Assembly (NCBI GenBank): GCA_050575255.1
Contig: JBNZDD010013690.1
Coordinates: 4,774,504 to 4,838,503 of the forward strand
DNA from: Harriotta raleighana
Taxonomy: Eukaryota
Length of the DNA: 64,000 bases
Direction: 5' to 3'
Shown here piece after piece: positions 12,220 through 27,078 of the stretch (positions within the stretch are counted from its first letter, which is position 1; every line of letters begins with the position of its first letter). The translations under genes were made by a program, and so were the position numbers. Under the pieces are notes generated by a model. It was not told the DNA's origin and made no database searches. It saw only the letters and a program-made list of their open reading frames with translations.

Positions 12220-14366
12220 GTAAGCCTAACAATGAAGCATGCAACCTGATCTTGGCAGTTCGAGGTCCTGTAAATCTGCATTGTATTTATATGTTTCTTA
12301 AAACTAAAATACAGCAGTGCAGCAAAGTATATTTAAAGTTTCTGAGGGTTGTGTGTGATTTATTGGGCAGTTGGGACCAATAATTCACTGTACTCTGTTC
12401 CTATGGTGATGTGGTCATATAGTAGTTCTTTCAGCAGGGCTGACAGATTATTAACTTTTATTATTCATGGTTGAGTTTCATCAAATATTTTTCTCACTAT
12501 TTAAATTATTTACACCTTCCTTCGTTAGTGTCTCCTAAAGATTTTCTTGGACATATATGCAGTTTTGCTCTGACAGTAGTGGATATTTTTAGTCCTAGTT
12601 TCCAGTCAGATTCAGACCAAAATGTAATTTGGTCTAGTGAAATAAAACCATATGAACCCCTGAGACATTTCCTAGTAAGATGTGTCATTGTCTTTAGTCT
12701 GTGGTATTAAAAGAGGATTTTAATAAAATTAATAAATTGAATGCTTAATGGGTGTGTCAGAAAATTCACTATGTATACATTTATTTAGCAGAGGTTTGAA
12801 AGATAAACTCAGGGGAAAACAAACACAGTTTAAACTTATCTGCAGAAACCGATTCAGTATGCTAATTAACTCTTGTTATTTGAGAAAAAGTAAATATTGA
12901 TTATTGTACATCAAGATCAATTTAGCAAATGTTAGGCCAATCAAGAGGGAGAATTATACTTTCAGTTAAGTTTCAGTTAGTACCATTTATTTTTGAATAT
13001 CTTGTTTACATTTTTAGTAAGAGGGCAGTCTTCCATTTAGACAGAGATACAGTATTGTCACCTTCCAACTACTAACTAAACAGTGAGATGAGATATCCAG
13101 CCATGGGAATGAGCATTGGCCCAGTGACCTTTCATCTATTCCATACTTTGAATTGATATGGCCATGTGACATGTCACAGTCTCACTGGACTGTTTATCCT
13201 CCTGTCTCAAAAATATGTCTCTCTTTCCCTGCACCTCTCTCCGACATTAAAGTCTTTTTATCTTATCTTACTTTACCCCATTATCTTACTTTTCTTCTAT
13301 TTATTCCACTACAGTATCTGTAAAAGATACCATTTACTGTGGTATGTTTCCAATTTTCTTGAACTTGTTAAATTTAGCTTGAATTTTGCACTTTTTAAAA
13401 ACATTAGAGCTTTCAGCATTAACATAAATCCTACCTTGTATCAGCATATGGAGAGAACATATTTCTGATAGCCCAGAGCAACCTGGGTGTGTCAACGCCT
13501 TGGGACATCCTCCCGACTTGAAAGCCACTCTATGAATGTAATTTTGTTCGTGTGCTTGTTGTCAGTCTGGCTCAGTTGGTAGACTCCACTCACAAAGTTG
13601 TAGATTGAAGCTGCTCACCAGAACTTTGAACTAATGAAGGCCAGCTGACACCCCATTGCACTGCTAGGAGTGTGCAGCATTGTCACAAGGGAGGAAAGTG
13701 CACCATGCAGTATTATCACCACTGATGTTATCTCGACTGGCTTTGTATGGCTGACTTTATTCATACAGTGATTCTGAAGAAACCTTAGATTAATAGCTGT
13801 GTTGCCACTTATGCTAATCCATCTTCCTTACTCGCATTCTTGACCTTAATAATGGAATTTAACCTAATCCAGTATGATCATCCAATTTATGGCTTAAATT
13901 TACTAAATGCACAAAAACAATATATCATTATTATTGTTAATCACACCTTCCAGAATGCTTTTAGTGGGATTTCCTCTTCCTCAGCTACAAACCCTCATAA
14001 TAGTTCAATTTAAATGTACAGTAATGCATTTTAGCAGCGATACCCAGTACATATTATGTTTCATTTTTATAGAAGCAATTTTGAAATAGTTCATGAAAAA
14101 CAAAGTAAGATTGACTTTTTGGATTAATAAGCATTCTACTTATTTTGTACTGATATTGAAAAATGATATCAGCTATAATTAGTACTCTGCTTATAATGAT
14201 AGGTAAAGACATGAGGCTATAAAGCACCTCAAACTCATTTATTAAAAGCATGTGCTTTTTAGGCATTTTATTAAATGCTGTTATGCTATTCCATTATTCT
14301 GCTTTAGCATATCTGTGTGATTCCTATCACCTCCTACTTGTACCCACCAAAACCTGAATCCCACTA

Positions 14367-15074
14367 CAGTAAAACCTCGTTTATCCAGCACCCATGGGAC
14401 CTGGCCAGTGGTGGTTAAACGGTTTTCTGGTTAAAGATTTTAAAAAATTGAAAAAAAGTAATTTTTTAAAAAATGTAAAATTATTTTAACACAGTAATAA
14501 CAGATTACCAGCTCCCACCCTGTGCAAACACAAGGAGCTGCCGTCCGCATGCCGCTAACCCTCAGCGAGAGGAAGGCACGGTCGATTACTGTGAAGCCTT
14601 CTTGCGAGGTATTTTGAATTGATTGAATACGCTGGACTTGCAGAGAGAGGGTGAGAGTACACACACACACATATATACACACACACACATACATGTTGAA
14701 CAATACTATATAAATAATAGATTAAATACACTAATAACAGATACTATACTAACAGAATATTGTATTAGTAGTTTAGAATTTATACTTAACTTCTACAATG
14801 GCTGCCAAAGGAGGAGGAAAAAACCGGGAAAAATTGATTTTTTTAAAAAACGGTAGTATCGCGAGTTTTGAAAAAAACATCAGTAGCCTGACTAGGTTCA
14901 ACTAGCATCCGCCGATATAACTGCAGCAGTACTTGCGTGCAGGAATCCATTCATTAAATGCGTCTTTACTATTCTGCTGGATAACTTGTGGTTCATCAAA
15001 TCGGGACTTTTTTTGAGATAGCAGTTGAACGGATTTTCCGGTTTGTCGAATCACGGATAAACAAGGTTTTACTG
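14367..15074. mobile_element. Tc1/mariner (Tigger-like) MITE
   Basis: TA|cagtaaaacctcgtttatcc ... ggataaacaaggttttactg|TA. TA duplication intact on both sides, internal CA repeat. Confidence 0.92.
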
Positions 15075-15149
15075 TATTTTATTTCAAGTACTTCCAGTAT
15101 TTATGTGTGTGCATCTAACTAGAGTAGAATCCTCTTGTAACTTCTCCAG

Positions 15150-16110
15150 TTGTGAACCCAGGTTCACCAATGTTCTGTCCACTTGTTTGTCAAACATCAA
15201 GGCCTGGCTGAGCACCAATTTTCTGTGACTGAATGTCAACAAGATGGAAACCATACACCTTGGCTCTCGTCAATGTATTTTCACCAGCAGCTCCAACCTC
15301 CGTAACTCATCAGCCTATCCCTCAGACTTACTGAACTTGTACACAACCAAGGCATCGTGTTCGATTCTCTACCCCACATCTGGTCCCTGACCATGACCAC
15401 TTTCCTCCACCTCCGCTGCATCACCTGCATCTAATCAGAACTCATAACCAACACACCTTATCCATGCAATTGCCACCTACAGGTTCGATTTTACCTATAA
15501 CCTCCATGCCAATCTCCCCAGCTCCACCATTCATTAAAATCCAATGTATTAAAAACTCCACTGCCTCGCCCTTACAACAACAACAAACTTACATATATAT
15601 GGTGCCTTTCACTTCAGGAGGATATCCCAAGGCACTGGTCAGTCAATGTTTCGGACCTGAGCTAGGGTCGGGATTGGGGAGGGTGGAGGGAACGGGGAGA
15701 AGAGGGGGAGAACCGATGGCACAGTTGAAGAGGTGGGCCTTGAGGCGGGAATTAAAGGAGGCTATGGAAGGGGCAAGGCGGTTGGATTGTGGGATGGAAT
15801 TCCAAAGTTTGGGGAGCTTTGCAGATGAGGACCAGGATCTTGAATTGAATCAAGCCAGTGGATTTGGGCGAAGATGGGTGTGATAGGTTCGCTGAGCCTG
15901 GTGTGGGAGAGGATATGGGTTGCAGAGTTCTGAATGATCTGCAGACTATGGAAGGAGGAATTTGGGAGGCCGACAAGCAGGGTGTTGGCATAGTCGAGCT
16001 GAGCATAACAAAGGCATGAATGAGAGTTTCAGCAGCCTGAGGGGTAAGGTAGTGGCGGAGTCGGGCAATGTTACAGAGGTGAGGGAAGGCAGAGCAGGTC
16101 ATGGCATGGA
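15150..16110. mobile_element. Two abutting L2 fragments (old + copy ~15150-15570; younger - copy ~15574-16110)
   Basis: Minus-strand NIARLRHYLTPQAAETLIHAFV and caacaacaa tail at 15575. The plus copy has the degraded ctgaatgtcaacaagatggaa segment. Confidence 0.8.
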
Positions 16111-17439
16111 TATGGGCAAGAAAAGATAGTTGAGGATTGAACTGATTACAGAACAAATTGATTTCAAGATCTTCACACTCACATCTGAATCACTTCATGC
16201 CCGGACTCCCTAGCTCTGTCCTGCTTACACCCCACTCCTCTACTTTTCCCTTCAGTCAGCTGGCTCTGGCCTCCTGCAAGCCATTCATGCCCTGCACTCC
16301 ACTATTGACAGTTGTTCTTTTAGCCGCTATACCCCGAGATTCTGGAACTCATTGCCTTAATCACGCTGCCTGGCACACTCTTTGCTCCTCATTGCGTGTG
16401 TTCAGATCACACTTGAAGACCTTCCTCTTTGACCGTGAATATGGTCACCTCCACTCTCTCCCTGACCCTGTTAAGCTTGATCTAAGATGCATTTGCTTCT
16501 CCATTTAAACTTTGTATCCTGAATCCCAATTCCTGCTTCCCCTGTAATTTTTTTAATATTACTTTGTACTGCCTTTACAACTTTCCACCCTGTTTTAGAT
16601 CAGAGGTGTGAAGTGTCTCATTAGCTGCATTAGAAAATCAATAACTGGTGCTGTGTGTTATTATTGCTACTTTCTTTGTTAATGCTAATAAAATCTGCTT
16701 TCCATACAGGAATGGTGTGTGCTCATACAATCGTGTGAACATTACATACTGTTGGAGGTTTCTCTCAGTTTAACTCATCAGGAATTTACAGCAGCGGCAG
16801 ATTACATTTTCAGTAAATAGTGTCTTCCATGTCTGGAGGACAACTTATAGAGCTTCAAGGAGCTGACTGGAACCTTGAGCTGGGGGTATAGGCAGCTGAA
16901 TAAGGTGTGGTTGAAAAGTGACTACAAATGTAGTTCAAAAGCAAGATGATATGGCAAGCTTTGAAGGTGGGGAGGGTAGTGGAGGGATTCCACGATGGAT
17001 TTCCAGAGTGTGGGGACAGAGTAGCTTGCCATTCGATGGTGGGGCAGGAAGCAGAACGGTGTTCGTTGAATATGGATATTATCTTTAGTTCACAAAAACC
17101 AATTAGAACAACAATCAGGTGGTTGCCTTCGGCCCGGAATCATTTCCATCTTCCGGCTGCTGGCTCCCACTCTCCCTCTCTGGGAACCATCCTCTAATGG
17201 CAGCATCAGGAGCTGGCATTTGGCAGGACACAGCAGGGGGTAATGAAAATAATGGCAGCTGATACTGCAGTGTGTCAGGAAATCAATCTGAGTTGGGAGA
17301 AAGGCATACAGCTCTCCTCCTAACCGGGTCCTCCCAACCAGCAGCTCCTAGCACTGCTGTGAGGACCAGGAAGGGAGGGAGCGGGCGGTCGAAGTAGGAA
17401 AGGGTCTTGGACAAAATGAAATAATCCGTTGGGCCAAAT

Positions 17440-17752
17440 GAATAGCAAAGAGGGCGAGAGAACAGAGAATGAGTAGTTTGAGAGATGTGTGGGAGAGAAG
17501 CGGATGGGGGGGAAAGGGAGTAATTGAGATTTGAGAGAAAGAGGAGAGAGTGAGTCAGATGACAAGGGGGAGAGAGATAGAGTGATTGAGAGAGGAGGGA
17601 GAATGTGGGGGAGAGAGTGTGTGTGAGAGGCAGAGAGAGTGTGTCAGAGGACATGGGGGAGAAAGTGATTGAGTGTGGGGGGAGAGAGAGATTATGTGTG
17701 AGAGAGTGCTGTGAGAGAGGGGGAAGGAGAGATGAGGGGAGAGAAAGAGTAG
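17440..17752. repeat. GA/GT-rich low-complexity polypurine tract
   Basis: About 300 bp of gagagagtgtgtgtgagagg-type sequence, almost free of C. Confidence 0.9.
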
Positions 17753-20700
17753 GGTAATGTTTCTCGGTTCACTGTCAGGACCGATGATTGAAACCTCTTT
17801 TGCTCACTGCAGGTAGGACTGCAGTCAGACACTGAATGATGTACCATGCAGCTTCCTCACAGAAACCTCCTTTTCCCCAGTCTTTGATTACCCTCTCCAC
17901 CCCGGTCCTACATCTATAAGCTCCCGACCAAACCATTCCCTTTGCCCAGCAAACACCAGCTTGCTTGATTTCACCCACATCATATGCCTCACTATTTTGC
18001 TCTGATTGTTTGACATCCACTCTCTGGAGCTTCATTCCCTCTGACTCTCTTCCTCCCTCCCCTCTTTCAAAGCACATCAAGACCCGAATCTTTGACTGGA
18101 CTTTCAGTCACCTTTTCCCCTTTGCACCTCCCTTAGCTCCCATCCCCAGCTCAGGTGCCCAACTGGCAGTGTTGACCGCTTTGAGACGTCTTACTGACGC
18201 TCTGAAAAAGGTGCTATGTAACTGTTTTGTTTCTGGAAAGGAAACAGAAAAATATTGCTAATGTAGCCCAAAAATAGGGCATCCAGCCCTAGGCAGCTAA
18301 AAGGTTAGACTATCATGTGTTAAGCTATCAAGCAGTGTCAATAGCAAACACAGAGAGGTACAGACACTGACCCAGAGGGACACATTCACAGATGCAAGGA
18401 GAGAGACACACTCACAGATGCAAAGAGAGACTGTAAGTAAACACACTGGTGACCCAGTGATTAGATAAATAGAAACAAAATGGGAAAGAGGAAGCTGAAT
18501 CAATGGGACAGCTGAGAGTAGAAATGGACAGCACAAGCTTTTCCTGGGGAGGTAGGCAGTGCTGCAGGTCATTCACTGACATCAGAGCTCTGGGAAACAA
18601 TGTAATACAAGGTGACAGTGACTTTGAAGCTAGAGCTACAGGCTGGCTGTGACATAATCGAGTAATTATTTGGAATGATTATGTGCAGACACCGTTTAAC
18701 ATGCCATAAATACTGAAGTCATGTGTACAACCCAAATAGCTAAGGCAGATGTATACTGTAGCTTTGTACTGGTTTCTGAACTTCTTTGAGCATTATAATC
18801 CACACGTGAACTTATACAAAATATTGGCAAACAAAAGTCTTCTTACTTAATAAGGATTTACAAGGCCTGTGAAGTAGTTTCGGGTTTGAGTGAAGAAACA
18901 ATTGAACATAATAGAATTCTGATAAAGGTCATTCAATCTAAAGTGTGTTCACTTTCCCTCTTTGTTGCACAGTTTGTGATCATATCAAACATATTTGATT
19001 CATCTTTTCCCTGTAACAATTTAAATAGCACTCTTCAATTAGGATAACATCTTGAAGCATTTGAGTCAGATACCAAGCAGGGAACGGGGAAAATGACCAC
19101 AGATGCGGTTGAAGAAGGAGGGTTTGAAAGGGCATAAGTTAGAGGAAAGATACAGTGGACAAGTTGGAGGGATAGAGAGTGGGACGTTAGGGGCACAGAA
19201 TCTGAAAGTTATTCCATCCCCGCTACAAACCTGTACACAGTGTGCTAGGTCCTGAGCCTCTCACACTGTTTGTTTGATACTGTGGGCAGAACGGTGAGTG
19301 TTTGGAGCATGAAAGCGGCATGAGCAGGAAATCAGCCTGGCTCACTAGTGTAATTTTGTTGTTGTTGTTTATTGTTGAAAGTCCCGCAATAGAAATACCA
19401 GCTTCAGGACACTCCTGCGGTATATATGTTCGATGCCCGGCTTAAACCGAGAAATTCTTGGCAAGTGCTGTACTTTTAAAATGAATATTTTTTGTATTGA
19501 AACATAACTACATTTTCAGGAAATATGACTATAGTTTTAATCCAGGTTGATTCACAAAATGTGTCTTTCAGTAGCACCAATTAACCCTCCATAATAATCT
19601 GCAAAATTTATTAAATTTCTCCACAATTTTCTGCACAATTTGTCATATTTTTGGCAAGTATTTCCGCAATTTTGGTCCAAGCTGTAGGCCACTTATTGAC
19701 AGAGCTCTGGGAAACAATGTAATACATATAATGTGTACCTGTATCTGTGAAGATAACAATAGGTGAATCATGCTAACTGAGCCATACAAGTGCTAAATAA
19801 AGCGCTAATCACATCTAAAATCATTACAGTCTTTCATCATGCTTTCATGATAGTCTTTTCAAAAAATTGGTATTCCCTTCATGTTTGTTTGTGGAACATT
19901 GCTGTGTACAAATTGGCAGCTGTGCTTGCCCACAAAACACAGACAATTAAGATTCAAATATATATTTCAAATAGTTATTTTTACACATTGGTCGGCGTTA
20001 GACAGCCTATGATTTAAAAATAACTACCTGTCTGCACAGTTCAAAAAAAGTGCTGTAGAACCACTGGGATGAAAAGTAAAGTGGTTATGGTATTAGCTGT
20101 ATAACATAGCTTAAACATGATGCGTCAGAACAGAAATGCTTGGTGCCTGCTTGCCAAGCACGGACATAACTGCAGGGCAGAGGCTCTGCTATGCATCAAG
20201 TGTTGTGTATTCATTTGGATGAAGTGCAGGCTGGACTGGCTCTATCCAGTACCAGATGCTCAGTACAGAATAACAAAGTCGCAAGGACAGCTAATTCCTT
20301 CTGATGACATGTGACATTTTATACATGCTAATCCAGATAGAAGTTTGACCACCACAATAAATATTTTCTGAAAGAAAAACGTTGAAGTAATTTTATAGAT
20401 TGTTGCAGCAATAACTTGCATTTGTTAGAGCCTTTACAAAGTGCTGCACACTGAATACGAAATGAAAGATTTAAAGATGTTATCCACAGCTGAGATTGAA
20501 GAGATATGTTTAGGTTTTTGTAGATAGGGAATGAAGTGACAAAGTATTTTTGGCAGACAGATCCAGAGAGGATAGGGCATGGTGCCTGATGGCTTGGCCA
20601 TCGATGCTTGAGGAGTGGGCGATAAACCAGATTTGGCAGGCTGGATGGAGTGTACCTATTTGAGATTAGTATTATAGGTTTGTATCAATAGGCAAGGCAC

Positions 20701-22530
20701 TGTGTGGATTTGAATTCTATGATCAGGATACTGGGAGCCTATTGGAGCTTGGTGACCATGGGTGTAATAGATGCTTAGAGAAGGTAATAGGTAAGAAAAA
20801 ACATAGGCTTCAGATTTCTGGATCATTGAAGTTGGTAGAATTGAGCTAGGAAACCTGGTAAGTAGCGCATTGGAAAGATTTACCCTTTAGAGTTAAAAAC
20901 ATCGGCAAGGATTTTGAACAGTGGTTAAACTCAAACCTGATGCTAAATGTGCACCAATCATTCCGTATTAAATATTCTACGTTCATATGTGTAAAGTGAA
21001 GACCTGATTAATTGTTCAATTGCAAACAATCATGCTTTGATTTTTAGATAAATCAAGGATTTCGACTCATTAACTGTGAATAAGTGCTTAGCATTTTAAA
21101 GGATTCCTTTGATAAAATACTTCTAGTCTAGGGATAGTAGAACAAATATTTTTGGCTTGAGCCTAATAGATGGTTCTTTGAAATTTGGCAAAACATTTGG
21201 AAATTTACTTTTGCAATTGTTATTCAAAAATCGAGTATCCAAATAATTATGTGTTTGTATGTGCCCACCCGTCCGCAAGAGAGCAGGACCTCCAAATGAT
21301 CCTATTTTGGACATGTGTGCACTGATCTGAGATAAAATAGTAACAATTATTATTATTATTTTCTGACATATAAATGATTTTTGGAGCATATGTTCCAACT
21401 CAATGAAATTTTAAACTGTTACTACTCCTACAGTGATTATAATTGACCTTGGATCCCAATGGAATTAAATCAAATAGAAAACCACTCAAAAACCCTCTTT
21501 AAATTAAAGACTAGTGATTTGACACAACAATATAACTTCCCAGATCGTCCCCACTACATGTGAAAACCATTTGAAGAGTTTAGCATTGATTGTCAGCAGA
21601 AATGCTGCCCTAAATTACCTCAGCGTGGTTGATGCAATCCTGATGGCTTCCCGACAGACGGTTAATGTCTTCTGTCATTATTTGAATCATGATTTTGTTC
21701 AAACTGGCAGGTTGAGCATGCAAGAATTTAACCCCCTAAGCGCCAAAGATACATTCATGTCAATATCAACGAGTTTGTGCTTTCCATTAATTGAAAAAAT
21801 ATCTATTAAAGTTCAGCCACTGAAAATCTTTTCATTCAATAAAGGTTGTCCCACCTTGAAAGTGAATAGAGGGAGATGGAAGAAAACTGGTAAACATAAG
21901 GTTTAAAAAAAGTTTGAAAATTAAGAGAGGATAGGATTTTTAAAATAAACTGTCGGATATATTACATTAAGTAGGGAAAAATAAAAATTAGTGACATTTC
22001 TAAAACGTCTTATCCTCACATCTATATTCAGCAAATGTAGCTGCTCATTTAATCTGATCGGATCTACAAAAGCGCAGTTTAAGGGACCCAAAGAGAGTTG
22101 AAAAAGAGATTCAATAAGAGATGAACATATTAAGTGCCCACTTCCTGGAGCTTTTATTCAGGTTGGACAGTAAAAACCTGTTCTCCCCCTCCTCCCCCCA
22201 ACCCCTAAACACAACAACAACTTGGATTCATATAGAATGCTTTACAATAATAGATCACAGGGCCAAACCAGGGGGAGGGACCAAAAGCGCAGTCGAAAAG
22301 ACACACATCCAGCAAACATTGTTTGAGCTTCAGCACTTTATCATAAGTAAGACTAGGGTTCTGGGTAAGTACTAGGTAATAATCTACATGACAGCCAGCA
22401 TTAGTTTAGAGGTGCTAGGTCTTGTCTGACCTAGACGTCATCCCAAATTGACTATGAGAAGCCATATGAGGCAGGACACCTAGACTTCCAAAATATGTTT
22501 GTCAGAGTACCACGAGAGACTCCTTCACAC

Positions 22531-22822
22531 AATAATAGTAATAATATTTGTATTTATAAAGCGCTTTTCAAGTCATCTAGATGTCTCAAAGCGCATCACA
22601 GAATATGCAGTAAACTGTATATTTGTGGGCAAAACGTGGCAGCCATTTGTACATAGCAGTGTCCCACAAACAGTTGATTGAAATGACCAATCTATTGTTT
22701 TCTCGAGGGATTATTATCAGGCATGTGGAGTAAGGAAACTTGCCCAAGGTTTTGCCCTGCCTGGAATTGAACATAGGTTTCGTTGGAGGGCAAGTGCTCT
22801 AACCACTGAGCTCCAGGACTCC
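22531..22822 (-). mobile_element. tRNA-derived Deu-type SINE, full length
   Basis: Minus-strand head ggagtcctggagctcagtggttagagcac (A box), gttcaattcc (B box), Deu core and (ATT)n tail. Confidence 0.88.
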
Positions 22823-25800
22823 GCCATGATGTAGAAGGGAATTTGTTAAAGTGAAATAAACAACAACAACTTGATTTATATAGTGACCTATATGTGGAGT
22901 AGTCTCTTGCAGCAGTAGTTGATATGGAAGCTAGTTTATAATAGAGTAGGTTGTCTCCGAGGTCTGTATTCAGATCCCTCCTGTTCCTTGTGTACATTAA
23001 TACCCTGGAGTTGCAGACTTAGTGGAAGATAGTAGAATTTTCAGATAACACCAAGTTGGTGAAACTGAAATTAGAAGATGAAGTAACGATCTTACAAAGA
23101 GAGCTTGATAAGGTTATGCACATAAGTTAGCTCATGAGCTAAGTGCTCAGAGAGGCTACCCTACGAGAAGGTCGTTATGTACATATAAGGTGATGGTGCT
23201 ACCAGCAAATAAACTTCACTATAGATAAATACAAGATACTGCATTGCATATAGGAAATAATAGGAATAGAATTTTCTAAGGAGAAGCTGAACGAGATCTA
23301 GCAGAGTTAGGTGAGTCATTGTTCACCATGTCAAACAGTGAGATATTTAGGCAAACAGTTTGCTGTGTTATGGATCCCAAGAAGTTATTTTTAAGTAATA
23401 TAGTGCTATTGTCATGGAATAGTTGACTGTACAGCGCCTTGGGACGTCCTCCCGACGTGAAAGGCGCTATATAAACAAAATTTAGATTTTGATTAAATAT
23501 GCAAAAAGAGGAATAGGGGAAGCTATTCAGCCCATGAAGTCCATTCTTCCAGTTTTAAATCTTAGAATCATAGAAACATAGATATTGACAGATATTTTAA
23601 TCCGAATTCCCCATCCTTGTGCCATTCTAACCTAAAGTACAACAGTAACAAAATTACATTTGTAGAGGGCCTTTCACGTCAGGAGGACGTCCCAAGGTGG
23701 AAATACTGTGGATAACTGTCTTGAGCATAAACACTTCAAGACAGTTATCGCCCTTGTTCTTGATCGCTCCTTCTTCATAATCCAATCTTGGTTATAATTC
23801 ACTGCTTAGTTCAGTGGTCTGGCAACGCTTTTAGACAACCTAGCTGAAGGGATATTCATCACTAAAGAGGAAGAGAAGTCCTTGGCATTTTGTCAACCTA
23901 TGCAGTGTTTTTTCAAAACTATTTTTAAAAAAAACACAATTTATCCATTTGCCTATAGCTACAGGCTAGCTGTCAAAATAAATATAGATCTTCAAATTAC
24001 TGTAAGAGAGCTCATTAAGAAGGACTATGGCAATTCTCTGCAGTCCTCTGCCTTTATTCTATTTAACATAATGAATATAATGATATCACCAAACTGTAAT
24101 AATACAATAACAACAAAATTACACTTGTATAGTGCCTTTCACATCGAGAGGATATACGTCAGGACTGGCAGTAAATTTGCATTTAAATAATATTTTAGTG
24201 ACCAACAGTGTTATTCCTGTAGCAGCTAGAAATGTAAATTTAACAATAACCCTTGTGTTTGATACAAGTTCTTATCACATCTTTGAGATATCTCAAAATC
24301 ACAGGATTTTGCCCTAAACTGCAGTGATTGTATTTTGTAGCATATAGTTTGCACACAATGCTCCACAAATCGCCATGAAGTGATTGACAAATTTTACTTG
24401 TTTTCAAATGATGCCATGTGATGTTTATTATTAATAATAATAATAATTCTTACAATTGGTGATAATGCTTTATATTTAATAGTGCCTTTCATGTTAGGAG
24501 GATGTCTCAAAGTGCTTCACGTGATATACAGTAAAGTGCAGTGTCTATATGATTAAGCATTCTAAGATGCTGCCCTGCATGGAGGATGCTATATAAGTGC
24601 AAGTTGTTGTTTTGCGAGTGAACATGGCAACCAATTTTGCACATAGTATTTGGAGCGATTGTGGTCAGGACACCGAAAGATTGGTGCCATGGGATAGATA
24701 AGATCCAGCTAGGTACCAACAGAGTAAGCCTGAGACTCTTTGTCATTTCCTGCTTTGGGCATGGGGAGAAAAGTACAAAATTAAATGAGTGGCAATCTAA
24801 TAACTCAATAGTCAGTGTTGTGTAAAAGCCAGCCATAACATGCACAGTGAATGAGGTCCACAGTGCTACCCCCATAAATACACTGAGGGAAGAGGCACAA
24901 AAGTATGTTTCCAACCATAGGCGCAGGAATGAGAGTTGCTTAGGTTGGGGTGCGATACAGGGTTGGGGAGTGAGGTCATAGCCTGAAATTCTGAAGTTAG
25001 TTCAGGAAAGCGAGATCCATCTGCTGTTCCCGTGATGCTCAAGGGGAGTCAGAAGATAAGCAGCAGCCGCTCGACAGCAGCAAGGAGATCAGAACAGCGC
25101 AACCCTGAGTGGGAATGCAGCCTCTCCCTCAGCAAATCCTTACCTCTTCTTAAATCGTCCCCCTGACATCACACCCCCAGACACCCACACTGCCAGCATC
25201 TCCAGCCGCCATTCCCTGGTCAGAAACTGGTATGATCATCTGGAGGGATGATTGGCAGAAGGGCTGACAGGGTAGAGAGCAGGGTTTCAGAATCCCCAAT
25301 TTAAAAAAAATGTTTCAGTGTCACTGCCCCAAAGTTAAAAGCTTCCGTTGATGGTGAACTTGGTACTATGTCTAGATTGTTCCCTCTCTAGGTTAGCAGA
25401 TGATGCACTGAGTGCAAATAAAGTGGAGCCAGTTTACAAACCACCCATTGCATGTTCCTGTAACTGCTGTTTATTTGGAACGATTTTGCTTGAGCAGCGG
25501 CATCCTGAAGATGCCTTTATGGATGGTGAGGGTGGACATGACAAAGGAACCTGGCAGTCACCCTGGTCACAATTTTCACCCTGAGACCAACCTCTTGCCT
25601 CACCCTCTTGCCACCCACACCCCACTCTGGAACCAATGGTAACATAGGTATCAATGTTATGACCATGTTATGATTGCGGCAAGACACGCATATACCTCTT
25701 TGCTTTGCTGAGATTCTGTTATTCTAATTTTAAGTGAGGTGGTGAGGCACATGATCTGAACAAAAAAGACAGGCGTATCTGCCTCGCTGGCCTGGTTCAT

Positions 25801-26600
25801 CCTCTGTATATGGACATTTGCTAATTCTTAATTGCCCAATCCAATTATTTTGTTATAGATATAAAAAGCTGTACCTCAACTTGTATAATTATAGTGTGAT
25901 AAGAGAACCTTCATTGCAAAATAAGGCAGAGGCCACAAGAGAGCTCTGAGCATTACCATTATAATTATACAATGTGCACAGCACAAATGGAGGCCATTCA
26001 TACCTATTACCATCTCTATTGGAGCTCTCAGTTCTTAATTTTTTTTTCTCTCAAGTGTTTATGTAATTACCTTTTTGAATGCTGTTTAATGATCTCAACT
26101 TTAACAATCATTTATTGGTAAATCATTCCACATTCCAACATGTAAAAGAAATTATTCTTAATTTTCTTTTTTTTCTCCTAATGATAATGATTTTGTTATG
26201 CAGTGTAACACTTCTTGTTACACTCTCCAATCAGTGAAAATACTCTAGCCACTAAAATCAGACCATTCATATTTTTGAAAATCTCCTTTGGATGCTCTTA
26301 AATTTCCCTGCTCCGACATAAACATTGACTTTTCAGGGCTCTCCAGATACCTTTCATTTCTGCTGTACATCCTCATTGTCCTTTCCATAAGGAAGTGCCA
26401 AAACTGGTTTCAATATTCATAAACAACAACTTTCATTTAAGTAGCATCCCCTTCATACAGGAAGCCAAGCCGGGCAGGTGAGTGGGGAGTGACTTTAGGC
26501 ATAGTTGAATAGGAAGGTCTTCAGGCATGACCTGAAAATGTCAAAAGAAGGGGCAACATGGAAGGATAGAGGAAGAGTATTCCAGAGTTTTTTGGGGTGT

Positions 26601-27078
26601 AATCATAGAATCATAGAAGGTTACAGCACAGAAGGAGGCCATTCAGCCCATCGAGTCTGTGCCGGCTCTCTGACAGAGCAATGTCACTTTCATTAACCCC
26701 AATCACCAGCTTTCTCCCCATAACCCTGCAAGCCTGTCTTCCCCAGATACCTATCCAGTTCTCTCTTACAAGCCGCTATCGAATCGGACCTCACTACCCT
26801 TTCAGGCAGATCATTCCAAATTCGAACAACTCTCTGAGTGAAAAAATTTCTTCTAACCTACCCTCTGCTTCTTTTGGTAGATATCTTAAGACTGTGACCT
26901 TGGGTCACAGACATATCTACCAGCGGAAACAGCTTTTCCCTATCTAGCCTGTCGAAACCTTTCATGATCTTGAAGACCTCTATCAGGTCCCCGCGTAATC
27001 TTCTCTGCTCTAATGGGAAAAGTTCTAACTTCTCCAGCTTGTCCTCATAGCTAAGGTTCCCCATTCCTGGAATCATTC
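26601..27078 (-). mobile_element. CR1 LINE 3' fragment nested in an older L2 (~26420-27220)
   Basis: MIPGMGNLSYEDKLEKLELFPLEQRRLRGDLIEVFKIMKG is the CR1 ORF2 C-terminus; (ttctatga)n tail at 26601-26618. L2 sequence resumes on both sides. Confidence 0.9.

Noticed and set aside
17283-17654. Ser/Leu/Pro-rich ORFs here and at 30380-31028
   Set aside because: Translations of GA/CT low-complexity tracts.
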